Below are positions 30,401-40,480 of a DNA stretch of 64,000 bases, piece by piece (within the stretch, counting starts at the first letter, position 1; every line of letters starts with the position of its first letter). This stretch comes from Pseudomonadota bacterium (GTDB lineage: Bacteria; Pseudomonadota; Gammaproteobacteria; JAKAQQ01). Location of the stretch: assembly GCA_027320085.1 (NCBI GenBank), contig DAHVLZ010000005.1:1-64000 (forward strand), given 5' to 3'. Position numbers and translations under genes: made by a program. A model generated the notes under the pieces. The model made no database searches. It was given only the letters and a program-made list of their open reading frames with translations, and was not told the origin of the DNA.

Positions 30401-31484
30401 GCGACCGGTTGTGGCTCTCGTGGCCGGGGGGACCGGTGGCCATGTCATGCCCGCCCTGGCCATCGCGAGCGCCCTTCAGGGATCCGGATTCCAGGTGCAC
30501 TGGATCGGCACCCGTCGCGGACTCGAAAACGAGATCGTGCCGACGCGCGGTTATCCCATGACCGCATTCGAGCTCAGGGGTTTCCGGGGCCAGAGCGGCG
30601 GGTTGCGTGTGATGGCGCTGGTCGAGTTCGTGCGGGCATTCGTGGCGAGTCTCCGTCTCCTGCCCCGTCTCGACGTGGTGGCGGTGGTCGGCATGGGGGG
30701 CTATGCGAGCCTGCCCGCCGGCTGTGCCGCCTGGTTTGTCCGGCGGCCGCTTTTGATCCATGAGCAGAACGCGGTTCCCGGCTGGGCCAACCGTCTGCTC
30801 TATCCCCTGGCCCGGCGTGTGCTCCTGAGCTTTCCCGGCGCATTTCCGGACCGGGTGCGGGTCCGGGTCGTGGGGCTCCCCGTCGCCCCGGCGATTGCCG
30901 CCCTGCCCCCGCCGGCCGATCGCTGGCGGGACCGGAAGGGTCCGGCCCGACTGCTCGTCCTCGGCGGCAGCCAGGGGGCCCGGCGGCTCAACCGGCTGGT
31001 TCCCGAAATCCTGGCCGGCTGGCCGGCCGACTTGCCCCTCCTCGTCCGGCACCAGACCGGGCGGGGGGACTGGGAGGCGACCCGGGAGGCCTGCGCGTCC
31101 TATGGCGACCGGGTCGAGCTCGTCCCCTTTTTCGAGGACATGGCCCCGGTCTACGGCTGGGCGGATTGTGTCCTGGCCCGCTCGGGCGCATCCACCGTGG
31201 CGGAGCTGGCCTGCGCCGGTCTGCCCGCACTCCTCGTGCCCTATCCCCATGCGGTCGATGACCACCAGACGGCCAATGCCCAAACGCTGGTCGACGCGGG
31301 CGCGGCGTGGCTCCTCCCCGAACGGAATCTCGATCCACCCCGGGTCCGGGACCTTCTGGCCGGGCTCCTCTCCGACCGGACCCGGCTCCTCGCCATGGCC
31401 GAGTCTGCACGGCGGCTGGCCCGTCCGGGCGCGGCCGATGCCGTGGTGGGCGAGATCCGTGCCGTGACCGGGAGGCTCCCATGA
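30387..31484 (+). CDS. murG: Lipid II GlcNAc transferase
   Basis: GGTGGHVMP, HEQNAVPG, GGSQGA, RSGASTVAE, DDHQTANA. Confidence 0.96.
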   Translation: MNRPRRPVVALVAGGTGGHVMPALAIASALQGSGFQVHWIGTRRGLENEIVPTRGYPMTAFELRGFRGQSGGLRVMALVEFVRAFVASLRLLPRLDVVAVVGMGGYASLPAGCAAWFVRRPLLIHEQNAVPGWANRLLYPLARRVLLSFPGAFPDRVRVRVVGLPVAPAIAALPPPADRWRDRKGPARLLVLGGSQGARRLNRLVPEILAGWPADLPLLVRHQTGRGDWEATREACASYGDRVELVPFFEDMAPVYGWADCVLARSGASTVAELACAGLPALLVPYPHAVDDHQTANAQTLVDAGAAWLLPERNLDPPRVRDLLAGLLSDRTRLLAMAESARRLARPGAADAVVGEIRAVTGRLP

Positions 31485-32887
31485 TGCGGGGCGAGCGCAT
31501 GGGACGAATCCGGCGCATCCACTGTGTCGGGATCGGCGGCACCGGCATGAACGGCATCGCCGAACTCCTGTTCAACCTGGGCTACGAAGTGAGCGGCTCG
31601 GATGCCCGGAAGAGCAGCGTCACCGACCGGTTGGCCGCGCTGGGCCTCCGGATCAGACAGGGCCATCACGCCGAGGCGGTCCGCGGGGCGGACGTGATCG
31701 TGGTCTCGAGTGCCATCCGCACCGACAATGTCGAACTCGCCGAGGCCCGCAAACTCCTGATCCCGATCATTCCCCGGGCCGAGATGCTGGCCGAGCTCAT
31801 GCGCTTCCGGTACGGGATCGCCGTGGCCGGAAGCCACGGCAAGACAACCACGACCGCCTTGATCGCGAGTCTCCTGGTCGAGGCCGGGGAAGATCCGACA
31901 TTCGTGATCGGGGGACGCCTGAACAGCCTCTCGGCCAATGCCCGGCTCGGCGGAGGACGCTATCTCGTGGCCGAGGCGGACGAGAGCGATGCCTCCTTCC
32001 TTTTATATCAGCCGCTCCTGGCCGTGGTGACCAACATCGACCGTGATCACCTCAATGCCTATCAGGGTGATTTCGACCGCCTGCGCCAGGCCTTTTCCGA
32101 CTTTCTCCACCACCTGCCGTTCTACGGTTACGCCGTGGTCGGTATCGATGATCCCGAAGTGGCCCGCCTGGCACCGGCCATCGGCCGGCCGACCCTCCGG
32201 TACGGTTTCTCCGAGGCGGCCGAGGTGCGGGGAGTGGGAGTCGTCTCCGAAGGCTTGAGAACCCGGATCCGGGTCGCCCGGAGCGGGCGACCCGAAACCG
32301 AGTTCGTGGTCAACCTGGCCGGGCGCCACAATGCGCAGAATGCGCTCGCGGCCATCGCGGTGGCCGGGGTGCTCGAGCTTCCCGACCCGGCTCTCAGCCG
32401 TGCCCTGGAGCGCTTCCAGGGCACGGGGCGACGCTTCCAGTTGCACGGTGAGGCCCATTTCGGGAAGACCCGGTTCCTTCTCGTCGAGGATTACGCGCAC
32501 CATCCACGCGAGATCGAGGCCACGCTCGAGGCGGCCGAACAGGCCTGGCCCGAGCGGCGCAAGGTCGTGGTTTTCCAGCCGCACCGCTACAGCCGGACCT
32601 TCGACCTGCTCGAGGACTTCAGCCGCGTGCTGTCGGCCGTGACCGTTCTGGTCCTGACCGAGGTGTATCCCGCCGGGGAACGACCCATTCCGGGGGCCGA
32701 TGGCCGGGCGCTGTCCCGGGCGATCCGGGCCCGCGGACCCGTCGTGCCGGTCTTTGCCGACCGGCTGGGCGATCTGCCGGACCTGCTCGGCCGGCTGGTC
32801 AAGCCGGATGACGCCGTGCTCCTGCTCGGTGCCGGCGACTGGGGTGAACTCATTCCGATCCTGATGAACGGGGGGGCGTCGTCATGA
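31481..32887 (+). CDS. murC: UDP-MurNAc:L-Ala ligase
   Basis: GIGGTGM, AGSHGKTTTT, EADESDASF, EDYAHHP, FQPHRYSRT. Confidence 0.96.
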   Translation: MMRGERMGRIRRIHCVGIGGTGMNGIAELLFNLGYEVSGSDARKSSVTDRLAALGLRIRQGHHAEAVRGADVIVVSSAIRTDNVELAEARKLLIPIIPRAEMLAELMRFRYGIAVAGSHGKTTTTALIASLLVEAGEDPTFVIGGRLNSLSANARLGGGRYLVAEADESDASFLLYQPLLAVVTNIDRDHLNAYQGDFDRLRQAFSDFLHHLPFYGYAVVGIDDPEVARLAPAIGRPTLRYGFSEAAEVRGVGVVSEGLRTRIRVARSGRPETEFVVNLAGRHNAQNALAAIAVAGVLELPDPALSRALERFQGTGRRFQLHGEAHFGKTRFLLVEDYAHHPREIEATLEAAEQAWPERRKVVVFQPHRYSRTFDLLEDFSRVLSAVTVLVLTEVYPAGERPIPGADGRALSRAIRARGPVVPVFADRLGDLPDLLGRLVKPDDAVLLLGAGDWGELIPILMNGGASS

Positions 32888-33828
32888 CGATCCGGCCTCC
32901 GTCGCGCGCCCTGGACGGCATCCGCCGCATCGCCGTGCTCGCGGGCGGTCGTTCCGGGGAACGGGCGGTTTCGCTTGAGAGTGGACGGGCGGTGGCCGGG
33001 GCTCTGGCCGGGGCCGGTTTTGATGTCTTCCCCCTCGATCCGGCCGAACCCGGTTTCGTGGAGCGCCTGCTTGCGGATCGGGTCGACTGTGTGTTCAACA
33101 TCCTCCACGGGCCGGGCGGGGAGGATGGCACGATCCAGGGGCTCCTCGAATCCCTCCATCTGCCCTATACCGGGAGCGGGGTTTTGGGCTCTGCGCTCAG
33201 CATGGACAAGTACCGCGCGAAACTCCTCTGGCAGGCGGCGGGGCTCCCGGTTCCCGCCGGTGTGCTCTGTCCGGAAGACCGCCCGGCGGAGCCGCCATTC
33301 CCGCCACCCTGGTGTGTCAAGCCGGCGGACCAGGGCTCCAGTCTGGGCGTGAGCCGGGTCGCGGATCCGTCCGGGCTCGAGGCGGCTTTCATGGAGGCCC
33401 GGCGCCACTCATCCCAGATCCTGATCGAACCGTGGATCGAGGGCGGGGAGTATACGGTGGCGCTCGTGGGCCCGTTCACCCTGCCCTCGATCCGGATCGA
33501 GACCGCCCGTGACTTCTATGACTACGAAGCCAAGTACAACGATCCCCAAACCCGCTACCACTGCCCCTCCGGCCTGGACGCGCAACGGGAGGCCGCCCTC
33601 GGGGATCTGGCCCGGCGGGCCGCCGCCTGCCTCGAGGTGAGCGGATGGAGCCGGGTCGATTTCCGGCTCACCACGGATCAATGGCCCTACCTGATCGAGG
33701 TCAATACCCTTCCGGGCATGACGGGACACAGTCTCGTCCCCATGGCGGCACAGGCCCGGGGCTGGGACTTCACCCGGCTCTGTCTCGAAATCCTCGCCCA
33801 TCGGCGGGGCGGGGGAGGCCAGCCATGA
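32884..33828 (+). CDS. ddl: D-alanine:D-alanine ligase
   Basis: GGRSGERAVSLESG, LHGPGGEDG, GSSLG, YDYEAKY, EVNTLPGMT. Confidence 0.96.
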   Translation: MTIRPPSRALDGIRRIAVLAGGRSGERAVSLESGRAVAGALAGAGFDVFPLDPAEPGFVERLLADRVDCVFNILHGPGGEDGTIQGLLESLHLPYTGSGVLGSALSMDKYRAKLLWQAAGLPVPAGVLCPEDRPAEPPFPPPWCVKPADQGSSLGVSRVADPSGLEAAFMEARRHSSQILIEPWIEGGEYTVALVGPFTLPSIRIETARDFYDYEAKYNDPQTRYHCPSGLDAQREAALGDLARRAAACLEVSGWSRVDFRLTTDQWPYLIEVNTLPGMTGHSLVPMAAQARGWDFTRLCLEILAHRRGGGGQP

Positions 33829-34586
33829 ACCGGCGCCGCTCCCGCGTCGCGGCCCACCCGTTCCGTCTCCGCCGGATCGCCGGAGGCGCTTTCGGTCTCC
33901 TGCTCGCCGGATTGCTCGTTTTCGGGATCGCCGATCACCGTCTGCTGCTGCCGCCCGGACCCCCGCTCACCCACCGGATTGTCCGGATCCGGGGACGCGA
34001 GATCACGGTCGCCCAGGTGAAAGCCGCCCTCCAGTCCGACTGGACGTCCGGATGGCTCGACTTTCCGCTCAACCAGGCCGTGCGCCGGCTCGAGCGCATG
34101 CCCTGGGTGGCCCACGCGGCCATCACCCGCATCTGGCCCGATACGCTCGTGGTCACCGTCCGGGAGCAACGGCCCATCGCCCGCTGGCATGAGGAGGCCT
34201 TGGTCAATGCCCGGGGTCGGCTTTTCTACCGGGGCCCCATTCCCGGCCGCTTCCGCGCTCTCCCCGAACTGTCCGGCACAGCCGGCAGCCTCGTCACCCT
34301 CGTGCGGATGGAGCGGACCTGTGCCCGCCGGCTGGCCCGGGCCGGAGAGCGGCTCCATTCATTGATCGAGAACCGGCGGGGAGGGTTCCGCTTGCGCCTC
34401 GCGGACGGTCTGGAACTCCGTCTCGGTCGCAGGGTCGCCCGGGCGCTCGGGCGGCTCGATCGCTTCCTCGAAGTGGTCCGCCCGGCCCTGGGTCCCCGCC
34501 TGCCCCAGGCGGCCTACGTCGACCTTCGGTACATCAATGGCTTCGCCGTCGGTTGGCGCCACTCCACCCTTTCCGAAACGAACTGA
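33825..34586 (+). CDS. ftsQ: Cell division protein FtsQ
   Basis: TM helix then POTRA LERMPWV...RIWPDTL, YVDLRYINGFAVGW. Confidence 0.9.
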   Translation: MNRRRSRVAAHPFRLRRIAGGAFGLLLAGLLVFGIADHRLLLPPGPPLTHRIVRIRGREITVAQVKAALQSDWTSGWLDFPLNQAVRRLERMPWVAHAAITRIWPDTLVVTVREQRPIARWHEEALVNARGRLFYRGPIPGRFRALPELSGTAGSLVTLVRMERTCARRLARAGERLHSLIENRRGGFRLRLADGLELRLGRRVARALGRLDRFLEVVRPALGPRLPQAAYVDLRYINGFAVGWRHSTLSETN

Positions 34587-34601
34587 ACCGAGGATTTCCG
34601 C

Positions 34602-35840
34602 ATGGCGAAAAAGTCCGACAAGAACCTGATCGTGGGACTCGATATCGGGACCTCGAAGGTGGTGGCCCTCGTGGGCGAGCGCACGGCCGAGGGTCGGATC
34701 GAGGTGATCGGCATCGGGTCCCACGCCTCCCGGGGGCTCAAGCGGGGAGTGGTCGTGAATATCGATTCGACGGTCCAGTCGATCGACCAGGCGGTGCGTG
34801 AGGCCGAACTCATGACGGGCTGTTCGATCAGCGAGGTCTATACCGGGATCGCGGGCAGCCACGTGCGCAGCCTCAACTCCCACGGGATTGTCGCGATCCG
34901 GGACCAGGAGGTCACACTCGAAGATGTGACGCGGGTCATCGATGCCGCCCGGGCGGTAGCCATTCCAGCCGACCAGAAGGTCCTGCATGTGGTGCCCCAG
35001 GAGTTCATCGTGGATCAGCAGGGGGACGTGCGGGAGCCGATCGGCATGTTCGGGGTGCGGCTCGAGGCCAAGGTGCACATCGTGACCGGGGCGGTTTCGG
35101 CGGCGCAGAACATCGTGAAATGCATCGAGCGTTGCAACCTCTCGGTCCGGGGCATGGTGCTCGAGCAGCTGGCCTCCGGGGCTGCCACCTTGACCGACGA
35201 CGAGAAGGAGCTCGGGGTGGCGCTCGTGGATATCGGCGGGGGGACCACCGATCTCGCGGTCTACGCCCACGGCGCGATCCGTCATACCGCCGTGATCCCG
35301 ATCGCCGGGGACCAGGTCACGAACGACGTCGCCATCACGCTCCGGACCCCGACCCACCATGCTGAGGAGATCAAGCTGAAATACGGTTGCGCACTCGCCC
35401 AGCTGGCGAGCCCCGAGGAAACCATCGAGGTCCCGGGGGTGGGTGAACGGGCCCCGCGCAAGCTGGCCCGCCAGGCCCTGGCCGAGGTCATCCAGCCCCG
35501 TTACGAGGAGTTGTTCTCGCTGATCCAGCATGAAATCCAGCGCGCCGGTTACGAGGATCTCATCCCGGCCGGAATCGTGCTGACGGGGGGTGCGGCCAAG
35601 ATGATGGGTGCCTCCGAGCTCGCGGAGGAGGTGTTTCATGCCCCGGTGCGCTGCGGTGCGCCGAAGGCGGTGAGCGGCCTCCGGGAGGTCGTCTCCAATC
35701 CGATTTACTCAACCGCGGTCGGGCTGCTTTTGCATGCCGTGCGCGACGAGACGCAGGGGCCGGGCGAACGCGCACACCTGCGGGACGATCTTGAAGGAGT
35801 CTGGGTCCGGATGAAACAGTGGTTTCAGGGCAATTTCTGA
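34602..35840 (+). CDS. ftsA: Cell division protein FtsA
   Basis: GLDIGTSKV, VDIGGGTTD, VLTGG, C-terminal WFQGNF. Confidence 0.97.
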   Translation: MAKKSDKNLIVGLDIGTSKVVALVGERTAEGRIEVIGIGSHASRGLKRGVVVNIDSTVQSIDQAVREAELMTGCSISEVYTGIAGSHVRSLNSHGIVAIRDQEVTLEDVTRVIDAARAVAIPADQKVLHVVPQEFIVDQQGDVREPIGMFGVRLEAKVHIVTGAVSAAQNIVKCIERCNLSVRGMVLEQLASGAATLTDDEKELGVALVDIGGGTTDLAVYAHGAIRHTAVIPIAGDQVTNDVAITLRTPTHHAEEIKLKYGCALAQLASPEETIEVPGVGERAPRKLARQALAEVIQPRYEELFSLIQHEIQRAGYEDLIPAGIVLTGGAAKMMGASELAEEVFHAPVRCGAPKAVSGLREVVSNPIYSTAVGLLLHAVRDETQGPGERAHLRDDLEGVWVRMKQWFQGNF

Positions 35841-35909
35841 TGCAAACCACGATGCGGGCAAAGGAGCGGAAGTGCGGTTCAAATCCATGTCAACAATGAG
35901 GTACAGGTC

Positions 35910-37079
35910 ATGAGTCATTTCGAAATGGTGGATGGGGTGACCCAGGACGCGGTCATCAAGGTGATGGGGATCGGGGGGGGGGGTGGAAATGCGGTCCACC
36001 ACATGCTGGCCATGGGGATCGAAGGGGTCGAGTTCATCTGCGTGAACACCGACGCCCAGGCCCTGCGCCATACCGAGGCCCGGCTGCCCTTGCAGATCGG
36101 CTCCAACCTGACTCGCGGGCTCGGGGCCGGATCCAATCCGGACATCGGCCGGCAGGCGGCACTCGAGGACCGGGAGCGGCTCCAGGAAGTGATCCGCGGG
36201 ACGGATCTCCTGTTCGTGACCGCCTGCATGGGCGGAGGGACCGGAACCGGTGCGGCACCCGTCATCGCGCAGATCGCGAAGGAGATGGGGGTTTTGGTCG
36301 TCGCGGTCGTGACCAAGCCCTTTGCCTTTGAGGGGGCCCGCCGCATGACCATTGCGCAGAAGGGCATCAGCGAGCTGGCCAAGACGGTCGATTCCCTGAT
36401 CACGGTGCCGAATGAGAAACTCCTGAGCGTGGTCGGAGCCCAGATCCCCCTGCTCGAGGCCTTCAAGATCGCAAACGGGGTCCTGGTGGGCGCGGTCCAG
36501 GGGATTGCGGAACTGATCACCCGGCCCGGGACGATCAACCTCGATTTCGCCGACGTGCGGACCGTCATGTCGGAGATGGGGACCGCCATGATGGGCACCG
36601 GACGGGCCCAGGGCGAGAAGCGGGCCCGGGAAGCCGTCGAGCAGGCGGTGGCGAGTCCTCTCCTCGAGGAATGCGATCTGTCCGGGGCGAAGGGGTTGCT
36701 GGTCAACGTGACCGTGGGTGAGGAGCCCGGACTCAGCCTGGGCGAGTTCCAGGAAGTCGGCGACTACGTCCGCCATCTCGCCTCGGATGATGCGGTGGTC
36801 AAGATCGGGACCGTGGCGGATCCCGCCCTCGGCGGTGAACTCCGGGTCACGGTGGTCGTGACGGGCATCAATGCGGTTCGCCAGAAAGGCCCGGTGGCCG
36901 TCGAGATCTCGAAAGAGCAGGAACCCCGCGTCGTGAACGGACCCCGGCAGCCGGTGAACTACTCCGACCTCGATCCGCCGACCATCAAGCGCAAGAAGCC
37001 ACTCGCGATTCCGCCGACCCTGTACGAGGAGGAGGCCCTGTCGGACATTCCGGCGTTTCTGCGCAGGCAGGCGGATTGA
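35910..37079 (+). CDS. ftsZ: Cell division protein FtsZ
   Basis: GGGGGNA, NTDAQAL, GGGTGTG, NLDFAD, DIPAFLRRQAD. Confidence 0.98.
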   Translation: MSHFEMVDGVTQDAVIKVMGIGGGGGNAVHHMLAMGIEGVEFICVNTDAQALRHTEARLPLQIGSNLTRGLGAGSNPDIGRQAALEDRERLQEVIRGTDLLFVTACMGGGTGTGAAPVIAQIAKEMGVLVVAVVTKPFAFEGARRMTIAQKGISELAKTVDSLITVPNEKLLSVVGAQIPLLEAFKIANGVLVGAVQGIAELITRPGTINLDFADVRTVMSEMGTAMMGTGRAQGEKRAREAVEQAVASPLLEECDLSGAKGLLVNVTVGEEPGLSLGEFQEVGDYVRHLASDDAVVKIGTVADPALGGELRVTVVVTGINAVRQKGPVAVEISKEQEPRVVNGPRQPVNYSDLDPPTIKRKKPLAIPPTLYEEEALSDIPAFLRRQAD

Positions 37080-37121
37080 CCGGATCGTGGGTCCGTTTGC
37101 GTTCAACCGATCCGGGCACCT

Positions 37122-37403
37122 GTGGCCGGGCGGTTCGTGCCGGGCCGCTCAAGCGAGCATCCACGCGACATGAATCCGCCTGCCAGGTTCGTCACAGAGA
37201 CCGCCCGGGAACAGGCTGAGCCTCCCGGGACCGATGACGGGAAAGACCCGGCGACGGTCGCGCTCGGCTGGAAGGGTGGCCTTGAGGGTGACAATACGAG
37301 GGCCGGTACGTTATCAAATCAGCAATCAGCGGCAAAAACTCGTGCAGACTTCGGCCAGTGCCAGGTGGGGAAATCAGCAATCACCGTGACCCCTCTTTCA
37401 TGA
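37122..37403 (+). pseudogene. Degenerate small basic protein of the KDPAAVALGRKGGLKGG type (often annotated histone H1-like, IS-associated)
   Basis: HPRDMNPPAR...GKDPATVALGWKGGLEGDNTRAGTLS; recalled family resemblance only. Confidence 0.5.
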
Positions 37404-37834
37404 AGCGTAGCGGACTACCCTAGCCACCCCTTGCAAGGCGATCCTGCCGAGAAGTGTCGTTCCTCTCGGCACATCTGCGCCAGCGCAACGAATTCGCACT
37501 GTCGGCAGAATCAACCATGGAATTGGGATACCCAAGGAGGGCAGGGCGCACCCCCGCGCCATCGTTCTATCGGTGCTCGGCCACCGGGCGCGGAAAGTCA
37601 TGGTCCTTCCCCCAACACACTGTCCACTCCCGCGAGCTGAAGACATCTCGGGATCCCGGCGACCCCGTAGCGCTCGGGACTCGATTTTGAGCGCTCAGGA
37701 GTCATAGTCACCGAGGCGAATGAACTCGTGTGGCTCAATCCCCGTACCCTCTATCGGGCTTTCACGCCGGTTGGATGCAGTACCTTTGATCGGTGGCAGT
37801 GATGTGGAACGTGCAGTATTATTAATACCGTGCC

Positions 37835-38752
37835 ATGCGGATACGAATGCCCATGAGTGACCTGGTCTCGCAAGCCGCTGCTCCCGGTTTCGAGGCTCGC
37901 GCTATCCAGCCGGCCCGGGAGTTGGGAGCCTACGAGGCCCTGTGGGCTCAGGAAGGCACATCCTTCAAGAAACTTGCGGATGTGTTCCAGAAGCATCCCG
38001 GATCGGTGCCGTCGGATTTTGTCCCCAGGTCGGACGCGGAGCAGTACGCCCAACGGGCGCTTGTGGCCATCCGGGCGGAGGGTGCCAGACACTTTGGAAT
38101 CCGGGTCCACGGCGGGGGTGAGTACCCGGAGAAGCTGCGTGACGCGCAACACCCCATCGAACTGCTCTACTTTCAGGGGAACTGGGATCTGACCAATTCA
38201 CGCTGCATCGCCATTGTGGGCGCCCGCAAACCGAGTGAGGAAGGTTTGCGTCGAGCGGCGAAGCTGGCTCGCAACTTCGTGAGGGCTGGCTTCACGATCG
38301 TTTCCGGATTGGCACAGGGTATCGATACGGTGGCGCATACGACGGCCATCAAGGCTGGTGGACAAACCATCGCGGTATTGGGCACGCCGATTACCAAGTA
38401 CTACCCATCCGAGAACAAGGCGCTCCAGCGGCGCATCGCGGATGACTACCTGGTCATCAGCCAGGTGCCTATCGTTCGTTACTCCCGTCAGACATTCAAC
38501 GGCAACCGTTTCTTCTTCCCTGAACGCAACGTGACCATGTCGGCACTCACGGAAGCGACAGTCATTGTGGAGGCGGGTGAAACCTCGGGGACGCTGGTTC
38601 AGGCGCGTCATGTGCTCCAGCAGCGACGCAAGCTGTTCATTCTGGATAGCTGTTTCCGCAACCCGGCGTTGACATGGCCGGCGAAGTATCTGGAACGCGG
38701 TGCAATTCGCGTCATCGACTTTGACGAAGTCATGCAACACCTTGCTTCCTGA
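37835..38752 (+). CDS. DprA/Smf-like protein of accessory type (ShosA-like antitoxin)
   Basis: YPEKLRDA, IAIVGARKPS, IVSGLAQGIDTVAH, FPERNVTMSAL, VEAGETSGTLVQA; lacks the C-terminal domain of competence DprA. Confidence 0.85.
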   Translation: MRIRMPMSDLVSQAAAPGFEARAIQPARELGAYEALWAQEGTSFKKLADVFQKHPGSVPSDFVPRSDAEQYAQRALVAIRAEGARHFGIRVHGGGEYPEKLRDAQHPIELLYFQGNWDLTNSRCIAIVGARKPSEEGLRRAAKLARNFVRAGFTIVSGLAQGIDTVAHTTAIKAGGQTIAVLGTPITKYYPSENKALQRRIADDYLVISQVPIVRYSRQTFNGNRFFFPERNVTMSALTEATVIVEAGETSGTLVQARHVLQQRRKLFILDSCFRNPALTWPAKYLERGAIRVIDFDEVMQHLAS

Positions 38753-38835
38753 CCGACTGACGCTGATTGACGAGACCAGTCGAGGGGATCATGTTTACCT
38801 TGAAGAGGGCGATCAATGCTACTTCATCGGGAGGT
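38742..38835 (+). pseudogene. N-terminal stub of a ShosT-like PRTase toxin
   Basis: LPDRLTLIDETSRGDHVYLEEGDQCYFIG overlapping the dprA stop; similarity (from recall) ends after about 30 codons. Confidence 0.6.
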
Positions 38836-39161
38836 GTACTTGTAACCTCGGAGCGTTCAGTTGGGGCGGAATTCTCGCGATTGCCACCATTGCGGGGACC
38901 GCTTTCGGGGTCCGTATTCTGGATACGCCAGTAAAGGTGGACACACGGGGTTTTCGTTTGGGCTGGACGTGGGGTTGCCGGTCCTGCTAGGAGCCTATTG
39001 AGGAAACACCTCCTGTGGCCCCCCCCGGACCAGAGCCCATGGGCTTCCGCCAGTGGGTGTGATAACATTCAAAACCCTGCCCGGAAGAGGCGGGAACCGC
39101 CTGGGTCCTGCTCCGCCCGGTCGGGTCACAGGGCCTTTCGATCCGTTCGAGGACCACACGC

Positions 39162-40076
39162 ATGCTTCAGCAACGTACGCTCCGCAACAGCATCAAGGCC
39201 ACCGGCGTCGGGCTTCATACGGGAGTCAAGGTCTACATGTGCCTCAGGCCCGCCGCGCCCAATACCGGGATCCGCTTCCGGCGGGTTGACCTCCCGGAAC
39301 CGGTCGAAATTCCGGCGAGCGGCTTGCAGGTCGGCGAGACGACGCTCGGGACCACCCTGGTCCACGACTCCGCCAAGGTTGCCACGGTGGAGCATCTCAT
39401 GGCGGCCTTTGCCGGTCTCGGGATCGACAATGCCTATGTCGATCTCAGCGCGCCCGAAGTGCCGATCATGGACGGCAGCGCCGGACCCTTCGTTTTTCTG
39501 ATCCAGTCGGCCGGGATCGAACTCCAGCCCGTGCCCAAGAAGTTCATCCGCCTGCTCAAGCCCCTCGAAGCCCGCCAGGAGGACAAGTGGGCGCGTCTCG
39601 AGCCCTACGACGGCTTTCGCGTGAGTGTCGAGATCGACTTTGACCATCCGGTTTTCCGCCGGCACTCGCAGCAGGCCACCATCGATTTTTCAACGACCTC
39701 GTTTGTGAAGGAAATCAGCCGGGCCCGGACTTTCGGCTTCCTCCGGGATCTCGAGCTCCTGCGCATGCGCCAGCTCTCGCTCGGGGCCTCACTGGACAAT
39801 GCCATTGCCATTGACGACTACCGGGTGCTGAACGAGGACGGGCTGCGTTACGAGGACGAGTTCGTCAAGCACAAGATTCTCGATGCGATCGGGGACCTCT
39901 ATCTTCTGGGGCATGGCCTGATCGGTGCGTATACCGCCTACAAGTGCGGACACGGCATCAACAACGCCATGGTTCGCACCCTCCTGGCAGCACCGGAGGC
40001 CTGGGAGGAGGTGACCTTCGAGGACGGCGAGCGTGCCCCCATCTTTTACCTCAACCCGGCGCACGCGGTGGCTTGA
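39162..40076 (+). CDS. lpxC: UDP-3-O-acyl-GlcNAc deacetylase
   Basis: [39 protein letters not shown]. Confidence 0.97.
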   Translation: MLQQRTLRNSIKATGVGLHTGVKVYMCLRPAAPNTGIRFRRVDLPEPVEIPASGLQVGETTLGTTLVHDSAKVATVEHLMAAFAGLGIDNAYVDLSAPEVPIMDGSAGPFVFLIQSAGIELQPVPKKFIRLLKPLEARQEDKWARLEPYDGFRVSVEIDFDHPVFRRHSQQATIDFSTTSFVKEISRARTFGFLRDLELLRMRQLSLGASLDNAIAIDDYRVLNEDGLRYEDEFVKHKILDAIGDLYLLGHGLIGAYTAYKCGHGINNAMVRTLLAAPEAWEEVTFEDGERAPIFYLNPAHAVA

Positions 40077-40107
40077 AGGGCCCCCGGTTGCATTCCTTGG
40101 ATCCGGC

Positions 40108-40452
40108 TCAGAGAAACCCGAATGGCCCGGCGGATGAGGGAGGGACGATCATGACCCGCAACTGGCGGAGGACGGAGCCCGTCGAGTGGGAGGCCTTCTC
40201 GAGAAGGCGGTTCTGCTCGAAACGGAACCGGGTCGCCCAGGCCGAACTGTCCGTGACCACGATGAGTGTCTCCCCGCTCCCGGCGGCCCACAGGCAGTGG
40301 GGGGCGAGTTCCGTCGCGAGACCGCTCCTGAGCTCCTGGGTCAGGCGGAAGGCGTGGTTCCCGAGGTCTACGAGAGAGTGGCCTCCGAGCTGGATTTCCC
40401 GAAGGACCTGGGTCAGGTCGGTAGGCGTGGGTTTTTCGCCGGATGGATCCAC
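40108..40452 (-). CDS. DciA/DUF721 family protein (start uncertain)
   Basis: LAPHC...LIVVTDSSAWATRFRFEQ; typical antisense position between lpxC and the M23 gene. Confidence 0.7.
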   Translation of the reverse strand: MDPSGEKPTPTDLTQVLREIQLGGHSLVDLGNHAFRLTQELRSGLATELAPHCLWAAGSGETLIVVTDSSAWATRFRFEQNRLLEKASHSTGSVLRQLRVMIVPPSSAGPFGFL

Positions 40453-40480
40453 GGGAACGGTTCGTTGAGGGGCATGGGAT

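Noticed and set aside
32850-32900. Absence of murB between murC and ddl
   Set aside because: murC-ddl adjacency is a common dcw arrangement, as in E. coli.
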